The notes beneath the pieces were generated by a model, which did not search any database, had not been told where the DNA came from, and was given only the letters and a program-made list of their open reading frames with translations. From positions 10,941 to 74,940 of the forward strand of contig MHAK01000018.1 in NCBI GenBank assembly GCA_001802945.1: a stretch of DNA of 64,000 nt. Direction: 5' to 3'. Position numbers and translations under genes: made by a program. Positions 8,897 through 19,502 of the stretch are shown here, one piece after another. This DNA is from Ignavibacteria bacterium RIFCSPLOWO2_12_FULL_56_21 (GTDB taxonomy: Bacteria; Bacteroidota; Ignavibacteria; UBA10030). How positions within the stretch are numbered: the first letter of the stretch is position 1; each line of letters begins with the position of its first letter.

Positions 8897-10183
8897 TCAC
8901 ACCCAACCGCGATCCTTACATGCCTGTGCGACCCGGCTGATAGAGATAACGTAAGCGGCCTCACGCATGGTCAATTTTCGCTTGTTCGCAGTTTCCCGCA
9001 CGGCGTGATATGCAGAGGTCATGGTTGTGTCGAGCTTTCCGAATACTTCATCCTTGTTCCAGTAGTAGTTCATGTTGCTTTGCACCTGCTCAAAATAGCT
9101 GCATGTCACTCCGCCGGCGTTTGCGAGGAAATCTGGAATGACAAACATGTTTCTTGCACACAATGCGACGTCGGCTTCGGATGTCGTAGGTCCGTTCGCC
9201 GCTTCGGCGATGAGCTTGACGCCTTTGCCGATTCTGCCAACATTGTCTCTGGTGATCTGGTTCTCGAGCGCGGCAGGAATAAGCATGTCGACGTCTTGTT
9301 CAATCCAAGCGTCTTCTTGTAATACCTCATACCCGAGGTCTTGCGCCTTGCCGCGGTCAATTCCTCCGAACGGATCGGTGATTGTGCGGAGTTCTTCCAC
9401 GCTGACCCCGGATTTCTTGCGGAATGAGAAAGCGCATTTGGCTCCCTGGTCCCAACTGGAAACGCACACCACGGTTCCGCCGATCTGCTGCAAAAGCTCC
9501 ACTGCATACTGTGCAACATTCCCGAATCCCTGAACGCTCGCCGTGACGCCCTGCGGTTTCAGCTTCAAATCTTTCAGTGCCTCGCGCACAGTGAAAATAA
9601 CGCCGTACCCGGTCGCTTCTTTTCTGCCTTGCGATCCGCCTATGCTGAGAGGTTTTCCGGTGATGAAGCCGGGGTATTTGCCTCCATGGATCACTTCGTA
9701 TTCGTCCAGCATCCACAACATGTTCTGAGGATTTGTCATGACGTCTGGCGCAGGCACGTCGAGCACCGGACCTACGTTGCGGGAGACCTGTCGCACCCAG
9801 CCGCGACAGAGCTGCTCCACTTCACGCTGGCTCATATTGTGCGGGTCGCACACCACTCCGCCTTTGCTGCCCCCGAGTGGAATATCAACGACTGCGCATT
9901 TCCACGTCATCCAGACGGCAAGGGCGCGAACAGTGTCGATGGTCTCCATGGGATGGAATCGGATGCCCCCTTTTCCGGGTCCGCGCGCATCGTTATGCTG
10001 CACACGGAATCCGCGATAGATATGTACCGAGCCGTCATCCATTCGAACTGGAATGCTGAAATGGTATTCCCGCATGGGCCAACGGAGGAGATCTCGCGTC
10101 GCCTGACCAAGGTCTAACAGGTCGGCAACATGGTCGAATTGATGTTGAGCAGTTTCGAAAGGATTGTAACTCTGGGTGGACAT
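8897..10183 (-). CDS. gdhA: NAD(P)-specific glutamate dehydrogenase
   Basis: 428 aa. Glu/Leu/Phe/Val dehydrogenase signature region GGSKGGVVCDP with N-terminal dimerisation and C-terminal NAD(P)-binding domains. Confidence 0.9.
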   Translation of the reverse strand: MSTQSYNPFETAQHQFDHVADLLDLGQATRDLLRWPMREYHFSIPVRMDDGSVHIYRGFRVQHNDARGPGKGGIRFHPMETIDTVRALAVWMTWKCAVVDIPLGGSKGGVVCDPHNMSQREVEQLCRGWVRQVSRNVGPVLDVPAPDVMTNPQNMLWMLDEYEVIHGGKYPGFITGKPLSIGGSQGRKEATGYGVIFTVREALKDLKLKPQGVTASVQGFGNVAQYAVELLQQIGGTVVCVSSWDQGAKCAFSFRKKSGVSVEELRTITDPFGGIDRGKAQDLGYEVLQEDAWIEQDVDMLIPAALENQITRDNVGRIGKGVKLIAEAANGPTTSEADVALCARNMFVIPDFLANAGGVTCSYFEQVQSNMNYYWNKDEVFGKLDTTMTSAYHAVRETANKRKLTMREAAYVISISRVAQACKDRGWV

Positions 10184-10464
10184 GTACGTTCGCCTTTTGA
10201 ATTGATCGGATAAACTGCCGACAGGTTGTGAGAATAGAGATGCTGGAGGGGACAGTACAAAAAAACGTGCCGCAAGAGAGATGGCAAAAAAATGCCCAAA
10301 CTCATCCGCATTCTTTGTAGGATCGTGCGAGTATTCCCCATATGAGGGAATATTCTTAGAATCGAGACCCGCATTCTACGACCGGAGAACACGGATGCCA
10401 TTATGACGTTGTTGCATCAGCAACGCCCGCTTCGTATATTTAAGACAGTGTTCTTTCTCAGTTG

Positions 10465-10498
10465 TCCTTTAATACCTGTCCAGCGAGGCAGGAAAGGA
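10465..10498 (+). promoter_or_regulatory. Putative PyrR-binding loop in the pyr leader RNA
   Basis: tcctttaatacctgTCCAGcGAGGCaggAAAGGa resembles the conserved PyrR binding-loop consensus (UUUAA..UCCAGAGAGGCU..AAGG); the stem tccttt/aaagga encloses it. Located about 190 nt upstream of pyrR. Confidence 0.45.
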
Positions 10499-10631
10499 TG
10501 CCGGTAATGCAGGCGCGTGTGAAACCTCGGCCTGTATTCGCCTTGAATGATCTGACGACTTCCCGGATGAAGCTTGCCGCCCCTGACAGTGGCGCGCCTC
10601 CTCTCCAGTCAAGTCTCCAGCGGGTCATGAC

Positions 10632-10672
10632 GAAGCCTCCTTTCGAACCTCGAATGGAGGCTTTTCTCTTTC
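10632..10672 (+). terminator. Attenuator/terminator hairpin in the pyrR leader
   Basis: Stem gaagcctcc/ggaggctt followed by a T-rich tract ttttctctttct, immediately before the pyrR SD (GAGGAG) and start codon. Confidence 0.5.
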
Positions 10673-10685
10673 TGAGGAGTTGTCC

Positions 10686-11240
10686 ATGACCCAAACCCGC
10701 ATCATCGACGCAGCAGGCATGCGGCGCACCGTCAATCGACTAGCCCATGAGATCGTCGAAAAGAACAAGGGGGCGGAGGAAGTTGCCGTGGTCGGCATTC
10801 GCACACGGGGGGAATTCCTTGCGCGGCGCATCGCCAGAAAGCTCGAAGAAATCGAGCACCATCCCATTCAGGTGGGAATACTCGATATAACGCTGTATCG
10901 TGACGACCTTCGCGGCCGGCTTGATCAACCCCGTCTCCAAAGCACGGACATCCTCTTCGATGTCAACGGCAAGATCCTCGTCCTTGTCGATGACGTGCTG
11001 TTCACCGGAAGGACTGTCCGCTCGGCGCTTAACGCAATCATGGACCTGGGGAGGCCGAAGTCCATCCAGTTGCTCGTCCTCGTCGATAGGGGACATCGAG
11101 AACTTCCCATCAAGGCAGATTTTGCGGGGAAGAACGTCCCCACCTCGCAGCTTCAGGAGATCAAGGTGCTCATGGAAGAAGTTGACGGGGAAGATGGAGT
11201 TCTCCTCATCGAACGTTCGCCGTCGGAGGAGAGCCTATGA
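10686..11240 (+). CDS. pyrR: Bifunctional pyrimidine operon regulator / uracil phosphoribosyltransferase PyrR
   Basis: PRTase fold motif VLVDDVLFTGRTVRSAL and PyrR-like N-terminus. SD GAGGAG lies 6 nt upstream of the ATG at 10686; the ORF track starts at TTG 10680. Confidence 0.88.
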   Translation: MTQTRIIDAAGMRRTVNRLAHEIVEKNKGAEEVAVVGIRTRGEFLARRIARKLEEIEHHPIQVGILDITLYRDDLRGRLDQPRLQSTDILFDVNGKILVLVDDVLFTGRTVRSALNAIMDLGRPKSIQLLVLVDRGHRELPIKADFAGKNVPTSQLQEIKVLMEEVDGEDGVLLIERSPSEESL

Positions 11241-12154
11241 AACTCTCCGGAAGACACCTCCTTGGTCTCGAGAACATGTCCCGGGACGAACTGGACTTGA
11301 TCCTCGAAACTGCGGTCTCCTTCAAAGAGGTCCTCGAACGTCCCATCAAAAAGGTTCCGCCGCTGCAGGGGAAAACGATCGCAAACCTCTTCTTTGAAAG
11401 TTCTACGCGAACAAGGATATCGTTCGAACTGGCAGAGCGTCGGCTTTCCGCGGATGTCATTTCATTCAGTCAGTCAGGGAGCAGCGTGTCGAAAGGAGAA
11501 ACCCTGAAAGACACGGCGCGGAACATCGAAGCAATGAAGATCGACATGGTCGTTGTGCGGCACGCGTCGGCGGGGGCCGCACATTTCTTGAGCCGCGTTG
11601 TTGATGCGAACATCATCAACGCTGGGGACGGCGCACATGAACATCCGACTCAGGGCCTTCTCGATATGTTCACGTTGCGCGAAAAGCACGGGTCGCTTGA
11701 AAATCTTCGCGTGTGTGTCGTCGGAGATATTCTTCACAGCCGTGTCGCACGTTCGAATATATACGGCCTGCAGACGATGGGAGCCAAGGTATCCGTCTGC
11801 GGTCCTGCAACACTCATTCCCCGCGAGATTGAACGGATGGGCGTAGCAGTGTACCATCGCCTGGAAGACGTCATTCCGGAAGTGGATGCCCTGAACGTTC
11901 TTCGGGTTCAACTGGAACGACAAAAGAGGGGACTCTTTCCGTCGCTCAGAGAATATCATCGGTACTTCGGCGTTACGAAGGAGAAAGTGCAGAAGGCTTC
12001 GCGGCCGCTGACCATCATGCATCCCGGACCGATTAATCGCGACGTTGAGCTCTCGGCCGACCTGGCAGACAGTGAACATTCTGTCATCCTTCAACAGGTG
12101 ACAAACGGAGTTGCGGTGCGGATGGCAGTCTTGTATCTGTTGGGCACAGTGTAA
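11237..12154 (+). CDS. pyrB: Aspartate carbamoyltransferase catalytic subunit
   Basis: STRTR motif (FFESSTRTRISFE) and HPTQ/HPxQ carbamoyl-P binding; overlaps the pyrR stop (ATGA). Confidence 0.9.
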   Translation: MKLSGRHLLGLENMSRDELDLILETAVSFKEVLERPIKKVPPLQGKTIANLFFESSTRTRISFELAERRLSADVISFSQSGSSVSKGETLKDTARNIEAMKIDMVVVRHASAGAAHFLSRVVDANIINAGDGAHEHPTQGLLDMFTLREKHGSLENLRVCVVGDILHSRVARSNIYGLQTMGAKVSVCGPATLIPREIERMGVAVYHRLEDVIPEVDALNVLRVQLERQKRGLFPSLREYHRYFGVTKEKVQKASRPLTIMHPGPINRDVELSADLADSEHSVILQQVTNGVAVRMAVLYLLGTV

Positions 12155-12193
12155 CGAACGTCGTTAACTAATTTCATGAACAAAGGAACTTCC

Positions 12194-13483
12194 ATGAAGA
12201 TTCATATCAAGGGCGGCCGAATTGTCGACCCGGTCAGCGGCATGGACGAGGAGCGGGATATACTGGTGGTGAACGGGATCATCGAGCGGATCTCGTCGAG
12301 GCCGAGCGTCGACGGGAGCTACCAGACGGTTGATATGAAGGGTAATATTATCGTTCCCGGATTGCTCGATATGCACGTGCACCTTCGGGAACCGGGTTAC
12401 GAACACAAAGAGACCATTGAGACGGGTTGCGAATCAGCACGGGAGGGGGGATTCACGGCGGTTTGTTGTATGCCCAACACGAATCCCGCTATCGACGACG
12501 AATCCGTTGCGCGGTACGTTCGTCAGAAAGGACAGCAGGTGTGCGACGGCATTGTCGAGGTCTATCCGATTGCAGCAGCGACCAAGGGCCGATTGGGGGA
12601 GGAATTGTCGCCGATGGCAGAATTGGCAGGCGCGGGGGCTGTCGGATACTCCGACGACGGATCGCCGATCGCGAGCGCGGAGATCATGCGCAGGGTTCTT
12701 GAGTATTCATCGATGTTTGGCATACCCGTCATTCAGCACGCAGAAGAGCCGACCATGACCATGGGCGGTTGCATCAATGAAGGGTTCGTGTCGACAAAGA
12801 GCGGACTGCCGGGTATTCCGCCCGTCGCCGAAGAATTGATGGTGGCACGCGACCTCATTCTCCTGCGATACATACCGGCGGCGAAATATCATGTTGCCCA
12901 TATCAGCACGGCCTCAGCGATCGAGCTCGTGCGCAGGGCGAAAGCGGACGGTCTCCAGGCGACGGCTGAGGCGACGCCGCATCATTTTACTCTGACGGAC
13001 GATGTCACCGCTTCATTTGACACGAACACGAAGATGAACCCGCCACTCCGGACGGCCGACGACGTCGAAGCGGTCCGTCAGGCCCTAAAAGACGGCACTA
13101 TCGACGCAATTGCAACAGACCATGCTCCCCATACGATCGATGAAAAAGAAGTTGAATATATTGAGGCGCCGTTCGGCATTGTTGGATTGGAAACCGCGAT
13201 CGGTCTGACCATGACGGAGCTCGTTGAAACTGGCCTGCTTGCGCTTGACGAAGCGATCGCCAAGCTCTCCACGAATCCCCGGCGAATTGTCGGATTGCCG
13301 GCGATCAAGTTCACTCAGGGTGAACCAGCGAACATGACATTCATCGACCCTCGCGCAAAGTGGACGGTGGATGTGCAACGTTTCAAATCGAAATCCAAGA
13401 ATTCACCGTTTCACGGGCGAGTGCTCACGGGGAAGGCAATCGGCGTTCTGAATAACGGGAAAATGTACATTGCCGGAGTATGA
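12194..13483 (+). CDS. pyrC: Dihydroorotase (PyrC-type amidohydrolase)
   Basis: GLLDMHVHLREPG metal-binding motif and cyclic amidohydrolase family; positioned in the pyr operon after pyrB. Confidence 0.85.
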   Translation: MKIHIKGGRIVDPVSGMDEERDILVVNGIIERISSRPSVDGSYQTVDMKGNIIVPGLLDMHVHLREPGYEHKETIETGCESAREGGFTAVCCMPNTNPAIDDESVARYVRQKGQQVCDGIVEVYPIAAATKGRLGEELSPMAELAGAGAVGYSDDGSPIASAEIMRRVLEYSSMFGIPVIQHAEEPTMTMGGCINEGFVSTKSGLPGIPPVAEELMVARDLILLRYIPAAKYHVAHISTASAIELVRRAKADGLQATAEATPHHFTLTDDVTASFDTNTKMNPPLRTADDVEAVRQALKDGTIDAIATDHAPHTIDEKEVEYIEAPFGIVGLETAIGLTMTELVETGLLALDEAIAKLSTNPRRIVGLPAIKFTQGEPANMTFIDPRAKWTVDVQRFKSKSKNSPFHGRVLTGKAIGVLNNGKMYIAGV

Positions 13484-13604
13484 CCCCCCGTGTGCACAAA
13501 ACTAGACGTCGAAACGGAATGCAGTGAGTGAATCCGTCGAAAATCAACGGGGAACTTGGCATAAGGATTGAATTTTTCGTTCGAGTCAAGACCCAGGAGA
13601 CACC

Positions 13605-14405
13605 ATGAAAACACTTGCGCTGTTGGTCGCCACCTTTGTCACTCTTGCCGGATGCAGGAGCTTGAACGAAGTCGATACGACCGCTCCCGCAGCACCCCGA
13701 GGAATTCGGACAGTGTCGCTTGACGATGCCGTCTACGTACAGTGGTTAGCGAACACGGAACCGGACCTTGCTGCATACAACATCTGGAGCAGCAATGCTT
13801 ATGATGGTCAATATACGCTCGTCGCGACCACAACAGCGACTTCCTTTGAAGACTTGCGGCCGCGAAATGGTGTGACGGTGTATTATGCACTGAGCGCGTT
13901 CGACAATGAAGGCAATGAAAGCGATCTCAGTGCAGATGTCGTCTACGACACGCCGCGCCCGGAAGGCTCCAATGTACTCCTGAATAATTACCTCACGCAA
14001 CCCTCTACGGCGGGATACGATTTCTCTACGTATAGTGTCGGCCTGTACAACGACGAATTCACGGATGTGTTTTTTGAGTCTGTGAATGGCAGATACTATC
14101 TCGACGTATTCGACGACACCGAAATCCAGGACATGGGATACACCGAATCGTTGGACGAGATCTCTGTAGCGCCGGTGAACGGTTGGTCGCCGTCAAGGTC
14201 GGTAGAAGCGATCCCCGGCCATACATACGTGGTTTGGACCTGGGATGACCATTATGCGAAAGTACGGGTGACAGAGACCAGTGCGATCCGTGTGCACTTC
14301 GATTGGGCATACCAGACTGCGCCGGGAAATACTGAGCTGAGGGCGGCGAAACCTGCACCCCGCCGTCGTGCACCGCTGCAACGTGCGTCAGTTGCTCAAA
14401 ATTGA
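13605..14405 (+). CDS. Hypothetical lipoprotein (FN3-like domain)
   Basis: Signal peptide with lipobox LAGC; the remainder resembles a fibronectin-III-like beta-sandwich; no enzymatic motifs. Confidence 0.5.
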   Translation: MKTLALLVATFVTLAGCRSLNEVDTTAPAAPRGIRTVSLDDAVYVQWLANTEPDLAAYNIWSSNAYDGQYTLVATTTATSFEDLRPRNGVTVYYALSAFDNEGNESDLSADVVYDTPRPEGSNVLLNNYLTQPSTAGYDFSTYSVGLYNDEFTDVFFESVNGRYYLDVFDDTEIQDMGYTESLDEISVAPVNGWSPSRSVEAIPGHTYVVWTWDDHYAKVRVTETSAIRVHFDWAYQTAPGNTELRAAKPAPRRRAPLQRASVAQN

Positions 14406-14436
14406 TTCTCATGGCCTTTTCCAATACTTTGCCATC

Positions 14437-14907
14437 ATGAAGTTCGCGTTGTCCATCCTGATAATCGTGTGTGCTGTGGATACATCAGACGCTCAGATCC
14501 GCAGTCGGCGGACGGACAGGCAACAGCTTCTCCCATCGGATCTTCCTCTTCCAGAAGCGCAGCAACAAGAGGTCGGTGCAGTATTCGCTTCTGTGCAAAG
14601 AGGACTGGCAGCCTCTTCTGTGACGCCGTTCAGCGGACACTTTGCCGGCTCTGTTCATCTAGCGCTTCCGGCAAGCGACAGGGGACAATTCTCGCCAAAT
14701 CAGGCCTCGCAGATCCTCTCCAAGTTCTTTGCCGACCACCGAACCAAGTCGATGCGATTCGAGAATACCGCGACGACTGTGGCGGCGCCCTTCGCGTTTG
14801 GCACACTCGTGGTCGATGGACGCGGTCGACCTGATACACTCCGCGTGTACGTGGCGTTGACCCGTGTCGACACCCGGTGGTTGATCTCCCAACTTGCAGT
14901 CTATTGA
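14437..14907 (+). CDS. Hypothetical secreted protein
   Basis: Start at MKFALSILIIVCAV (signal peptide); the upstream part of the listed ORF overlaps the previous gene. No motifs recognised. Confidence 0.45.
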   Translation: MKFALSILIIVCAVDTSDAQIRSRRTDRQQLLPSDLPLPEAQQQEVGAVFASVQRGLAASSVTPFSGHFAGSVHLALPASDRGQFSPNQASQILSKFFADHRTKSMRFENTATTVAAPFAFGTLVVDGRGRPDTLRVYVALTRVDTRWLISQLAVY

Positions 14908-17900
14908 ACCTCGCACCTCCCCCACGATGACGAAGACCGATCGCAGACTCCGCTTGTCAGTGTGGGCGGCAGGTGTGTGCGGTCTCTCCGCCTTCCTTCT
15001 TTGGGCAGTCTTGCCGAATCTGAAAACTCAGGACAATGACCGGCCGGAAATGGCGGCGCAGATGCTGAAACGCGTCCGGGAAGCTTCCCTGGAGTATATT
15101 CGCTCATTGTACGCGAACGCCGAATCGGTTGCGGCCGACAGAGAGTTGTATCGGCTCGCGCTTTCGCGCGATCCGCTTGAAGTGGCCGGAGCATTCGATC
15201 GTTTGGCGGGATACCCACGGCCGCAGAGTACAACACTTGAGCTGACCGACGCCCGCGGTGAGATTCTCGCGTGGGCCGGCCGGCATTGGCGAGGTGCGAC
15301 GCCGTTTGAGGCGACCGGGGTGCAGCGCGACTCCGCGACCGTCATCGCTCCAACCGGTGCTTTCCTCGTGCTGTCTGTCTTTGCGACTCGCGACAGTGGA
15401 AAGTCGTTCGCGGTCGTTTCTACTCCGGTTCAGATCGACGAAGAAGCCGTTGCTCGGCTATTTCCAGTCCCGTCGCTGACCTCCATCCTCCACGAACTCG
15501 CGGGAACTCATGCCACATTCGAATCGATTGGAAATGTCAACCCCCTAAATCTGCAATCTCCGGTGGTTGGCTTGCGGGGCGAGATGATAGCATGTCTCAG
15601 TGGTCCGTCGATTGACGGACCGGCACAAGAGTTCCCTGGGTTGCCGGCAATCGGGCCGACAATCCTGCTTGTCCTCACCATCGTATTTGGCTGGACGGCC
15701 TTTTGGACCGTCACTGGTCGATTGCACGATGGAATGAGCTCGACGCTCCGAGTTGCCGCTGTTTGGGTGACACGGTATGCACTGCTCCTCTTGGGCATTC
15801 CCGGAAGATTCGACCTTGGACCCTTGGTAGATTCGGCCGCATACGGTTCGCCGTTTGGAAACGGCATAACAGGGACACCGCTTGACCTTTTGTTGAGTGC
15901 GATCGCACTCACACTTTCCCTCGCTTGGTTGGAGAAAACGATTGATGGACGCCTGGCTCACACTCGGATGCTCGCTTTTCGAACGCGCCGGTTACGGTGG
16001 TTGTCGTTGGCAGTCATGATTGTCGTCGTGTCTGCGCTGTTGATCGCGATTTCGCGTGCATTTGCGGCGTCAATCAAGAGCATCGTTGTGGATTCAACAC
16101 TGAAGCTGTATGATTCATTGAACATCGTGCCAGATGCCGGAGTTGTTGTACTTCTTACCGCATCGTTGTTACTCACGGCCTGCCTCATTATTTCCTGGAC
16201 GTCTCTCCTTCGATACATGGCGTCAGCTGCTTCCGGTGTAGCATCACATTTCGCATTTTCGACATGGGTGTATGTCGTCGCTGGAATTGCATTTGCTGTC
16301 GGTGTCTTTACGTTTGTCGATAGTTCTGGTGTCCTTCCGTTGACCCTCCCGGTTGCGGCGGTCGTTGTCGGCATTCTTCTGGCCGACCCGGAGCGTATTT
16401 CATCGGGTCGACAGACGACACTCTGGACGATCAGAGCAGTGGCGGTGATCGTGCTGGCACTTCCCGTTATCGACTCGATGGTCCGACAGAAATCTCGCGA
16501 TGGAATTCGCCACGAAGTCGAAGACAAGCTTCGTCCTGAAGATTCGTGGTTTTCCTTTCTCTTATCGACCGACCTCGCCGCGCTATCGCGTGATGCGGCA
16601 GAAACGGCACCGTTTTCGTCGGCTGCCAACGGTATCCGCGGAACACAGGCGTTTCGATTATGGGCTCGCACGACCATCAGCCGCCAGCCGTTGAATTCGG
16701 GTGTTGTTCTCTATGACGCTGCCGGTCGGGAAACCGACCGCTTTGTTGTCGGATTCAGCTCGTTCGAACAACAGATGGCTTTGAACGCAGTCTTCCAGGG
16801 CGACGAGGAAACGGCACAAACGTTGGATTCGCGTTCTCTGGGCAGTAAGTCTCATGTGTACGGCATGTGGGGGACATTTCGGAATTCTGAGAACGGGGTC
16901 CTTGGCAGTCTGGCATTGATCCTGTCTCCCGCTGAAGAGGAACCGCTCCTGCTTGCTGTGGCCGAGCGTTCAAGCACCGGGTTGACGCAAGCTCCAGAGG
17001 TAGAATATCTTGGAGGCGAGGCAGTGCGAAGCACGGACCCGTATGTGAGGTCCGGCTCCTTGCTCGGTGCGGACGTCTTTTCCGAACTTGAAAGCGTCCG
17101 TCGCAATTGGGTTTGGACTCGCTCGCACAATCGGGACGCCGACATTCTGTATGTACGCGATCCGGCAGTCCCGGGACGCATTCTCGCTGTGGCATTTGAG
17201 GATCAAGACATTCGTTGGCAGGTGTTCCACGCGGTACGGATCATAGCGGTGTATGCAATGATCGTGCTGCTGGTATTACTTGTGCGGTGGGTCGTCCGAT
17301 GGTTTTCGGGCACGCGCAACGTGATGAGTTTCCGCACCAGGCTTTTCCTTGCTTTCGGATCGATCGCAGTCATTCCTTTGATCCTGCTCGCCATTTACAA
17401 CCAGTCCTTATCGGAGGAACGTACGTCACGGTCTATCCGGACTGCGCTTCAGCGCGAACTCTCCCAGGTCGTTCAGCGGATGAATGCTTCCGTGCAAAGC
17501 GAAGAGGACATTGACCGCGGCGTGACGGACGATTTCTGCAGCTCGGTGGCTGCAGAATTGGATATCGAGTTTTCCTTTTTTCGCGGCGAACGGCTCCAGG
17601 CAAGCAGCAGGCCGGAACTGTATGCGTCGTCGTTGCTGGGAGACCGGGTGCCCGGGAAGGTGTTCGCTGCTGTGCAATTGTTGTCGGACGATCTTGTCGT
17701 TGAAACACAGAGGATCGGTTCGGTGACATACGCCGTCGGGTACGGTCCTTGGATCGTCAACGGGCGTCCGGCGGGAATTCTTTCGGTCCCGACACTGAAT
17801 CGACAGATGGAGATCGAGCAGGAGCTCGCCGAGCGAAACGCATACATACTTGTGGCATATGTCGTCGCTCTCGTTCTTATGCTCGTCGTCGGAGGTTATC

Positions 17901-18736
17901 TATCCGAGAGGATAGCACGTCCCTTGCGCGAACTCACCGCAACAACGCGGGAGCTTGGACAGGGAAGAGTCGTACCCGTCACCCGGTCGAGTCGGACGGA
18001 CGAGGTCGGTGAATTGATAAATGCCTTCGACGATATGTTGCAGCAGCTCGAGACCAGCCGCCAGCAACTTGCCCGTGCCGAGCGGGAACACGCCTGGAAG
18101 GAAATGGCAAAACAGGTTGCGCACGAGATCAAGAATCCGTTGACCCCGATGAAGTTGTCCGTCCAACATCTTCGCCAGGCGTTCAAGGACAAAGCACGTG
18201 ACCGGGAACGCATCCTCGCACAGGTCACGAAGATGCTTCTCGAACAGATCGACACGCTGTCGCGGATCGCAACTGAATTCGCACATTTCGCAAGATTACC
18301 GCAGCGAACGTTTGAACGCGTCGATGTTTGCAGAGTGATTCGTGAAGTCAAGGACCTGTTCACGGACAACCGTGGTATTGCAATTACTCTTCGCCTGCCG
18401 AAAGAAGCGGTGCTCGTGATCGCCGATGCAGATGAGCTTCAACGAGTCTTCATCAACCTCTTCCGCAACAGCATACAGGCGATGAGTGAACGGGGCTCAA
18501 TTGATGTATCAGCGTCGGTCGAACGGGGAATGCTGCATGTGGTTTTTGCAGATTCGGGTCCCGGTGTGCCGGAGCATCTCAGGTCGCGAATCTTTGAGCC
18601 GAGTTTCTCGACAAAGACCGAGGGGATGGGATTGGGACTCGCGATCGTCCGCCGCGTGATCGAAGATATGGGAGGCACCATCACGCTTCGTCCGATCGAC
18701 AAAGGGGCCGCGTTTGACATCCATATCCCTATATGA
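14894..18736 (+). CDS. Multi-pass membrane sensor histidine kinase
   Basis: 1280 aa with many predicted TM helices in the N-terminal 900 aa, a HAMP-like linker, H-box AHEIKNPLTPM, N-box, G1 (DSGPGV) and G2 (GMGLGLAIV). True start may be ATG 14927 (MTKTDRRL). Confidence 0.85.
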   Translation: MQSIEPRTSPTMTKTDRRLRLSVWAAGVCGLSAFLLWAVLPNLKTQDNDRPEMAAQMLKRVREASLEYIRSLYANAESVAADRELYRLALSRDPLEVAGAFDRLAGYPRPQSTTLELTDARGEILAWAGRHWRGATPFEATGVQRDSATVIAPTGAFLVLSVFATRDSGKSFAVVSTPVQIDEEAVARLFPVPSLTSILHELAGTHATFESIGNVNPLNLQSPVVGLRGEMIACLSGPSIDGPAQEFPGLPAIGPTILLVLTIVFGWTAFWTVTGRLHDGMSSTLRVAAVWVTRYALLLLGIPGRFDLGPLVDSAAYGSPFGNGITGTPLDLLLSAIALTLSLAWLEKTIDGRLAHTRMLAFRTRRLRWLSLAVMIVVVSALLIAISRAFAASIKSIVVDSTLKLYDSLNIVPDAGVVVLLTASLLLTACLIISWTSLLRYMASAASGVASHFAFSTWVYVVAGIAFAVGVFTFVDSSGVLPLTLPVAAVVVGILLADPERISSGRQTTLWTIRAVAVIVLALPVIDSMVRQKSRDGIRHEVEDKLRPEDSWFSFLLSTDLAALSRDAAETAPFSSAANGIRGTQAFRLWARTTISRQPLNSGVVLYDAAGRETDRFVVGFSSFEQQMALNAVFQGDEETAQTLDSRSLGSKSHVYGMWGTFRNSENGVLGSLALILSPAEEEPLLLAVAERSSTGLTQAPEVEYLGGEAVRSTDPYVRSGSLLGADVFSELESVRRNWVWTRSHNRDADILYVRDPAVPGRILAVAFEDQDIRWQVFHAVRIIAVYAMIVLLVLLVRWVVRWFSGTRNVMSFRTRLFLAFGSIAVIPLILLAIYNQSLSEERTSRSIRTALQRELSQVVQRMNASVQSEEDIDRGVTDDFCSSVAAELDIEFSFFRGERLQASSRPELYASSLLGDRVPGKVFAAVQLLSDDLVVETQRIGSVTYAVGYGPWIVNGRPAGILSVPTLNRQMEIEQELAERNAYILVAYVVALVLMLVVGGYLSERIARPLRELTATTRELGQGRVVPVTRSSRTDEVGELINAFDDMLQQLETSRQQLARAEREHAWKEMAKQVAHEIKNPLTPMKLSVQHLRQAFKDKARDRERILAQVTKMLLEQIDTLSRIATEFAHFARLPQRTFERVDVCRVIREVKDLFTDNRGIAITLRLPKEAVLVIADADELQRVFINLFRNSIQAMSERGSIDVSASVERGMLHVVFADSGPGVPEHLRSRIFEPSFSTKTEGMGLGLAIVRRVIEDMGGTITLRPIDKGAAFDIHIPI

Positions 18737-19500
18737 AGCCGATCAACCCTTCCGCTGAAATCCTTGTTCCTCGTGTATTCGGTCGGGTCAGCAACATCGT
18801 CTGCGGGATGAGCACGAGGCGAGGCGGTGTATCGCCCGATCCGTTGGGAATGAACATGAGCTATTCAGTGGACGATGACGTGGCAAACGTCCGACAGAAC
18901 AGGGCTTTCATGTTCGGATCGATCGGTCGGCGGGAAAGCGACATCGCGTTCGCAGGCCAATGCCACTCGGCGACGGTGGTCATTGTAGACCACCCGGGTA
19001 TGTACCCGGAATGCGATGCGCTCGTTTCTGCTGCTCCCAACGTGGTTCTCGCAGTTTCGGTGGCAGATTGCTCGCCGGTTCTTCTGTGTGATCCACGCCG
19101 GAAGGTGGTGGCCTCGGTCCATTCCGGTTGGCGGGGAACTCACCAGCGGATTGTCGCAAATGCGGTCAGATGCATGGAACGGGAATTCGGTTCCCTCCCG
19201 ACTGATCTTCTCGCCTACATTGGGCCCTGTGCTGGACCGTGCTGCTATTCTGTGGGTCCGGAGGTCTCGTCACTGTTTGACGAAGTCGTGATCAGAAGAA
19301 TAGAAGAAAAGACGAACCTGAATCTAACACTCGAAAATCGACGCCAGCTTCAGTCTGCCGGATTGTCGTCAGGGAACATCGAAGCCGACGGTCGGTGCAC
19401 CATCTGCGGTCCGGAATTGTTCCATTCATTCCGCCGTGACGGACGGAAGTCGGGGAGGATGCTGGCGTTCATTGGACTTACGCAAGATGGAGATAGATGA
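18733..19500 (+). CDS. yfiH: YfiH/PgeF-family protein (DUF152 laccase-domain / purine nucleoside phosphorylase)
   Basis: Conserved ...SVADCSPVLLCD...SGWRGT motifs of the Cu-oxidase_4/YfiH family; start overlaps the histidine kinase stop. Confidence 0.8.
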   Translation: MKPINPSAEILVPRVFGRVSNIVCGMSTRRGGVSPDPLGMNMSYSVDDDVANVRQNRAFMFGSIGRRESDIAFAGQCHSATVVIVDHPGMYPECDALVSAAPNVVLAVSVADCSPVLLCDPRRKVVASVHSGWRGTHQRIVANAVRCMEREFGSLPTDLLAYIGPCAGPCCYSVGPEVSSLFDEVVIRRIEEKTNLNLTLENRRQLQSAGLSSGNIEADGRCTICGPELFHSFRRDGRKSGRMLAFIGLTQDGDR

Positions 19501-19502
19501 AC

